From: Clostridia bacterium
GTDB taxonomy: Bacteria > Bacillota > Clostridia > Christensenellales > CAG-917
Reading direction: 5' to 3'
Assembly (NCBI GenBank): GCA_017618055.1
Contig: JAFZVB010000014.1
Span: 263,663-327,662, forward strand
Length of the DNA: 64,000 nt
The notes below the pieces were generated by a model, which worked only from the letters and a program-made list of their open reading frames with translations, was not told where the DNA came from and ran no database searches. The translations under genes and the position numbers were made by a program. Within the stretch, counting starts at the first letter, position 1; the number at the start of each line of letters is the position of its first letter. This document shows, in pieces, positions 60,522-64,000 of the stretch.

Positions 60522-61814
60522 ATGAGTACAAAAAATGAAAACAGATTCCCAGCTGAAATGTGGGACAAAATGCAATTTATTTTAAGAAACTACTATGACG
60601 GGACTATGCATACCGCATTATATTATGATGGAGAGTTAGATGTGGACATTCTTAAGAATGCTTATATGTACATTATTAAGACTGCAAAAATTTTAAGATC
60701 TACCTTCCACAAATCTGCGATTAAATCATACTGGACAGTTAATGAAGACTACTCTCCAGATGACTTTTTCTATTTTATAGAAACAGACAAACCAGAAGAG
60801 GAATTAGATAAGTTCATTACACAAAAAATAAATGAAAAATCTAAGATACAATTCAAGATTGCCTTAATTAGAAGTAATGGAAAAGATATCCTTGGATATA
60901 TCGTTAACCATATGTGCTTTGACGGAGGAGATTTAAGATATTTCTATCTCACAACAGCAAAGTTATATAACGAATATTTAGAAACTGGTTCTTTCCAAAC
61001 AAAGATTAAAGATGGTTCTAGATCTTCTATGCAAGTCTATGATATCTTCAACGAAGAAGATAGAAAGAAAGCATTAAAATTAACAAGTAATGTAAGTTCT
61101 GTTAAAAATGTTGCCACCTTCCCTTATGTAGAAGCAACTAAAGAAGACAGAAATAGAATCGTTAAAGAATATATCCCAAAGGAAGAATTTTTAGCATTCA
61201 AAACAAAAGGAAAGGCCAACAACGCCTCAATTAATGACCTATTCTTAACAGCATATATTAGAACAATATATGAGATGTGCAATATGAAAGAAAGTGATGC
61301 TCTTAATATCTCTTGTATGTGTGATTTAAGAAGATATATGAAAGATGGGCAAACATATGGTATGACAAACCTCACAGGATTTATGCCATGTTCTGTACAA
61401 AACGTTGGAAATTCATTTAATGAAACTCTTGAAGTAGTATGCAAAGACACACAAGTTCAAAAAGAAGATAAGTTCTTAGGATTATACTCCATTCCTCTTC
61501 TCAACCTTGCATTTGATGTTTTCATAGACTCTCTTGCATCTTTCTGTATTAAACTCGGATACAAGAACCCAATCTTTAGCATGTCTAATATAGGAATCAT
61601 TAAACCAGAACAACTTGGTATGGGAGACAAAACCCTTGTGGATGCTTGGTCTACAGGCGCTGTTAAATACAAACCATATGTACAACTTGCAATGACAACA
61701 TTTGATAATTCCGTAACAATGACTATTGCTTCTAGAATGAATGAAAAGGATGCTGAAATAGCAAAACAATTCTTAGAATTGGTACATAAAAACATAAAGG
61801 ATTACATAAAGTAA
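60522..61814 (+). CDS. Stand-alone condensation-domain-like acyltransferase (HxxxDG motif)
   Basis: Start set to ATG 60522, behind GAGG. NHMCFDGGD matches the (H)HxxxDG catalytic motif of NRPS condensation / PapA5 / WS-DGAT-type acyltransferases. The ~430-aa length fits. Confidence 0.5.
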   Translation: MSTKNENRFPAEMWDKMQFILRNYYDGTMHTALYYDGELDVDILKNAYMYIIKTAKILRSTFHKSAIKSYWTVNEDYSPDDFFYFIETDKPEEELDKFITQKINEKSKIQFKIALIRSNGKDILGYIVNHMCFDGGDLRYFYLTTAKLYNEYLETGSFQTKIKDGSRSSMQVYDIFNEEDRKKALKLTSNVSSVKNVATFPYVEATKEDRNRIVKEYIPKEEFLAFKTKGKANNASINDLFLTAYIRTIYEMCNMKESDALNISCMCDLRRYMKDGQTYGMTNLTGFMPCSVQNVGNSFNETLEVVCKDTQVQKEDKFLGLYSIPLLNLAFDVFIDSLASFCIKLGYKNPIFSMSNIGIIKPEQLGMGDKTLVDAWSTGAVKYKPYVQLAMTTFDNSVTMTIASRMNEKDAEIAKQFLELVHKNIKDYIK

Positions 61815-61874
61815 TATAATTGACAACCCCTACTTTGTTTCATATAATTCTTTATGCTTACAGAATAATGGTAT

Positions 61875-61950
61875 GCTGATGTAGCACAGTCGGTAGTGCA
61901 CCGCCTTGGTAAGGCGGAGGTCACGGGTTCAAGTCCCGTCATCAGCTCCA
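61875..61950 (+). tRNA. tRNA-Thr (anticodon GGU)
   Basis: GCTGATGTAGCACAGTCGGTAGTGCACCGCCTTGGTAAGGCGGAGGTCACGGGTTCAAGTCCCGTCATCAGCTCCA. Cloverleaf folded by hand: anticodon loop TTGGTAA, TTCAAGT T-loop, encoded CCA. Confidence 0.9.
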
Positions 61951-61967
61951 TTTTTTTATTTATTTTA

Positions 61968-62017
61968 TTGACATCCCACCCTTTTAATACTATCATCAAA
62001 ATACCCTATGGGGGTAT
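61968..62017 (+). promoter_or_regulatory. cop operon promoter with CsoR operator
   Basis: TTGACA (61968-61973), a 17-nt spacer, then TATCAT (61991-61996). This is followed immediately by the palindrome ATACCCTATGGGGGTAT (62001-62017), which matches the GC-rich CsoR box (TACCC-N-GGGGTA) known from the B. subtilis copZA operator. Confidence 0.65.
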
Positions 62018-62030
62018 ATGGAGATATAAT

Positions 62031-62333
62031 ATGGAAGAGAAAGAATGTTGTTGTCACACAAAGAAAACACCAAGATCAGAAGAAATGGTTCAAAATCTAG
62101 ATTCAAGAATTAATAGAATTATTGGACAATTAAACGGAATTAAGAACATGATAGACCAAAACAGATACTGTGGAGATATTCTCACACAAATTGCTGCTGT
62201 AGAAAGTGCTCTATCCTCTGTTGGTTACATTATTCTAGACGAACATATGAAAACATGTGTTGTAGATGATGTAAAAGAAGGCAAGAAAGAAACATTAGAT
62301 GAACTTTTAGATTTAATGAAGAAACTCAAATGA
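62031..62333 (+). CDS. csoR: CsoR-family copper-sensing transcriptional repressor
   Basis: Start set to MEEKE (ATG 62031, GGAG upstream); the track ORF's N-terminal 45 aa run through the tRNA. Motifs RINRIIGQLNGIKNMI and RYCGDILTQIAAV...DEHMKTC are present (the Cys/His/Cys Cu(I) ligand pattern of CsoR). Confidence 0.85.
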   Translation: MEEKECCCHTKKTPRSEEMVQNLDSRINRIIGQLNGIKNMIDQNRYCGDILTQIAAVESALSSVGYIILDEHMKTCVVDDVKEGKKETLDELLDLMKKLK

Positions 62334-64000
62334 AGACTTTAAAGTTTGATGTAACAGGAATGAGTTGTGCTGCCTGTGTAGCACACGTAGAAAAGGCTGT
62401 AAGAAGCGTAGATGGCGTTACAGAGGTTGCAGTAAACCTTCTAACAAACTCTATGCAAGTAACCTTTGACACCCCTGCTACCCCAGAAATCATATGCAAT
62501 GCTGTATCTAAAGTGGGATATGGTACAAACATACAAGATGAAAAGAAAGAAAACAAAGAGGATGCTGGTAGTAAAGCAACAAAAACTCTTCTAAAAAGAC
62601 TTATATCCTCTGTTGTAATCCTTCTAGTTCTTATGTATGTGTCTATGGGACATATTATGTGGGACTGGCCTCTTCCTTCTTTCATAAACCCATTATATAT
62701 AGGCTTAGTTGAATTAGTATTATCTCTTGTAATTATAATTATAAACTTCAAATTCTTTATCTCAGGATTTAAAGGTGTAATACATCTTGCACCTAATATG
62801 GACACACTAGTTGCTATGGGAAGTGGTATATCTTTCATATATAGCGTAGTCCTATTTATTAAACTTTCCATACTCACAACAAATGGAGATCTAGAAACAG
62901 CACACCAATTACTACATTGTCTCTATTTTGAATCTGCCGCCATGATATTAACTCTCATCACTATTGGTAAAACATTGGAGTCTGTAAGTAAAGGCAAAAC
63001 AACTAATGCAATTAAAGCATTAATGAACCTAGCTCCTCCAACTGCAACAATAATAAAAGATGGTGTAGAAACAGTAATTCCTGCAGAAAACGTACAAAAA
63101 GAAGATATATTTGTAGTAAAGCCAGGAGAAAGTATTCCAGTAGATGGAATTATAATATCTGGCACAACGTCAGTAAACGAATCCTCTCTTTCTGGAGAAA
63201 GTATTCCTCAAGATAAACAAGAAGGAGATACTGTTAGTGCTGGAACAATAAATATACAAGGATATATAACCTGCAAGGCTACTAGAGTTGGCAAAGATAC
63301 AACATTATCTCAAATAATACAATTAGTAGAAGATGCTTCCTCTTCCAAAGCCCCAATAGCAAGGGTGGCAGACAAGGTTTCTGGAGTATTTGTTCCAACT
63401 GTTTTAGGTATAGCGCTCATAGTATTTATATGCTGGATCTCAACTGGATATGGCTGGGCTACATCCTTAACAAGAGCTGTTAGTGTTCTAGTTATTTCTT
63501 GCCCATGTGCCCTAGGTTTAGCAACTCCTGTAGCAATTATGGTAGGAAATGGAAAAGGAGCAAGAAATGGCATTTTATTCAAGAATGCAACTTCCCTAGA
63601 AAACCTTGGCAAAGCAGAAATAATAGTTCTAGACAAGACAGGAACCATTACAACAGGAGAAACTAGGGTTACAGATATCATCCCATTCAACACAACAGAA
63701 CAAGATTTATTACAAATAGCATATTCTTTAGAAAAACAAAGCGAACATCCTCTTGCAAAAGCAATAGTATTAAAGACAGAAGAACGTAATTTGAGTGGGT
63801 TAGATACACAATTATTTAGTACTCTTCCTGGTTTTGGCGTTAAAGCAAAGATGGATGAAAAAGAGATACTTGGTGGCAATATAAAACTAATGCAAGATAA
63901 TGGAATAGATACATCTGTTATAAAAGAAACACTAGAAAAACTAGCTAATGAAGGCAAAACTCCTCTCATTTTTGCAAGAGACAAAGAAATCATTGGCATT
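62330..64000 (+). CDS. copA: Copper-translocating P1B-type ATPase, 5' partial (runs off the window)
   Basis: Not in the ORF track because no stop codon is reached. The ATG overlaps the csoR TGA (ATGA). The translation begins MKTLKFDVTGMSCAACVAHVEKAV (HMA domain with GMSCAAC). Further motifs are the TM CPC motif (ISCPCALGLATP, ~63,490), DKTGTIT (~63,630) and TGES (~63,185). Confidence 0.9.
   Translation, partial: MKTLKFDVTGMSCAACVAHVEKAVRSVDGVTEVAVNLLTNSMQVTFDTPATPEIICNAVSKVGYGTNIQDEKKENKEDAGSKATKTLLKRLISSVVILLVLMYVSMGHIMWDWPLPSFINPLYIGLVELVLSLVIIIINFKFFISGFKGVIHLAPNMDTLVAMGSGISFIYSVVLFIKLSILTTNGDLETAHQLLHCLYFESAAMILTLITIGKTLESVSKGKTTNAIKALMNLAPPTATIIKDGVETVIPAENVQKEDIFVVKPGESIPVDGIIISGTTSVNESSLSGESIPQDKQEGDTVSAGTINIQGYITCKATRVGKDTTLSQIIQLVEDASSSKAPIARVADKVSGVFVPTVLGIALIVFICWISTGYGWATSLTRAVSVLVISCPCALGLATPVAIMVGNGKGARNGILFKNATSLENLGKAEIIVLDKTGTITTGETRVTDIIPFNTTEQDLLQIAYSLEKQSEHPLAKAIVLKTEERNLSGLDTQLFSTLPGFGVKAKMDEKEILGGNIKLMQDNGIDTSVIKETLEKLANEGKTPLIFARDKEIIGI

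Noticed and set aside
61802-62030. Minus ORF 61802..61999 and the first 45 codons of plus ORF 61896..62333
   Set aside because: Both run through tRNA-Thr (61875..61950) and the cop promoter/operator. The real csoR start is ATG 62031, behind GGAG.
62326-63999. Three minus-strand ORFs (183, 80 and 229 aa) at the right end of the window
   Set aside because: They lie antisense to the plus-strand copA reading frame, which shows HMA, TGES, CPC and DKTGT motifs. copA is missing from the track only because it has no stop codon within the window.
1-64000. CRISPR arrays, IS elements, prophage or integrative elements at the two tRNAs, and an alternative genetic code
   Set aside because: I saw no direct-repeat/spacer periodicity and no transposase, integrase or recombinase ORFs. 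No duplicated tRNA 3' ends that would mark att sites were noticed. TGA functions as a stop codon (for example csoR at 62331-62333) and long ORFs are intact under the standard code, so a Mycoplasma-type code 4 is excluded.

Overview
AT-rich (roughly one-third G+C by eye, not computed) chromosomal window that looks like Bacillota. It uses the standard code: TGA is a stop, for example at the end of csoR. I call about 50 protein genes, 2 tRNAs, 1 T-box leader and 1 unclassified structured-RNA candidate. I saw no rRNA, CRISPR array, transposase or integrase. Most genes between 14.4 and 57.9 kb are on the minus strand.

Main blocks:
- 0-5.3 kb: housekeeping and miscellaneous genes (YitT-family protein, RlmA-like methyltransferase, uridine-kinase-like protein, PARG-like macrodomain protein).
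- 5.4-5.9 kb: tRNA-Glu plus a G+C-rich non-coding island.
- 5.9-14.4 kb: envelope cluster (unknown anchored protein, 1,517-aa double metallophosphoesterase, MMPL transporter).
- 14.4-15.2 kb: HepT/MntA toxin-antitoxin pair.
- 15.3-23.5 kb: ten-gene electron-bifurcating [FeFe]-hydrogenase operon (HydABC-like) with an embedded HydS-like sensor, PHP, GHKL and DRTGG-like signalling module.
- 23.6-25.5 kb: COG0523 GTPase and NadE.
- 25.6-32.2 kb: accessory-looking stretch. It holds a CYTH protein, a translationally coupled HTH-DUF3990(ART-like) / unknown / DEDDh-exonuclease operon, a phosphodiesterase trio and a NERD protein.
- 32.3-57.9 kb: ClC channel preceded by the most unusual locus.
- 58.2-64 kb: T-box-controlled stand-alone TrpB-like gene, condensation-domain-like acyltransferase, tRNA-Thr, and csoR-copA with a clear CsoR operator.

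The most unusual locus is a 21.6-kb gene for a 7,187-aa GLUG/MBG-repeat surface protein. It is tightly coupled to three downstream genes whose products all carry TasA/SipW-class signal peptides; one is fused to BspA-type leucine-rich repeats. I propose this as a candidate undescribed surface fibre/adhesin system.

All family assignments come from motif recognition by eye and memory. No searches were run.
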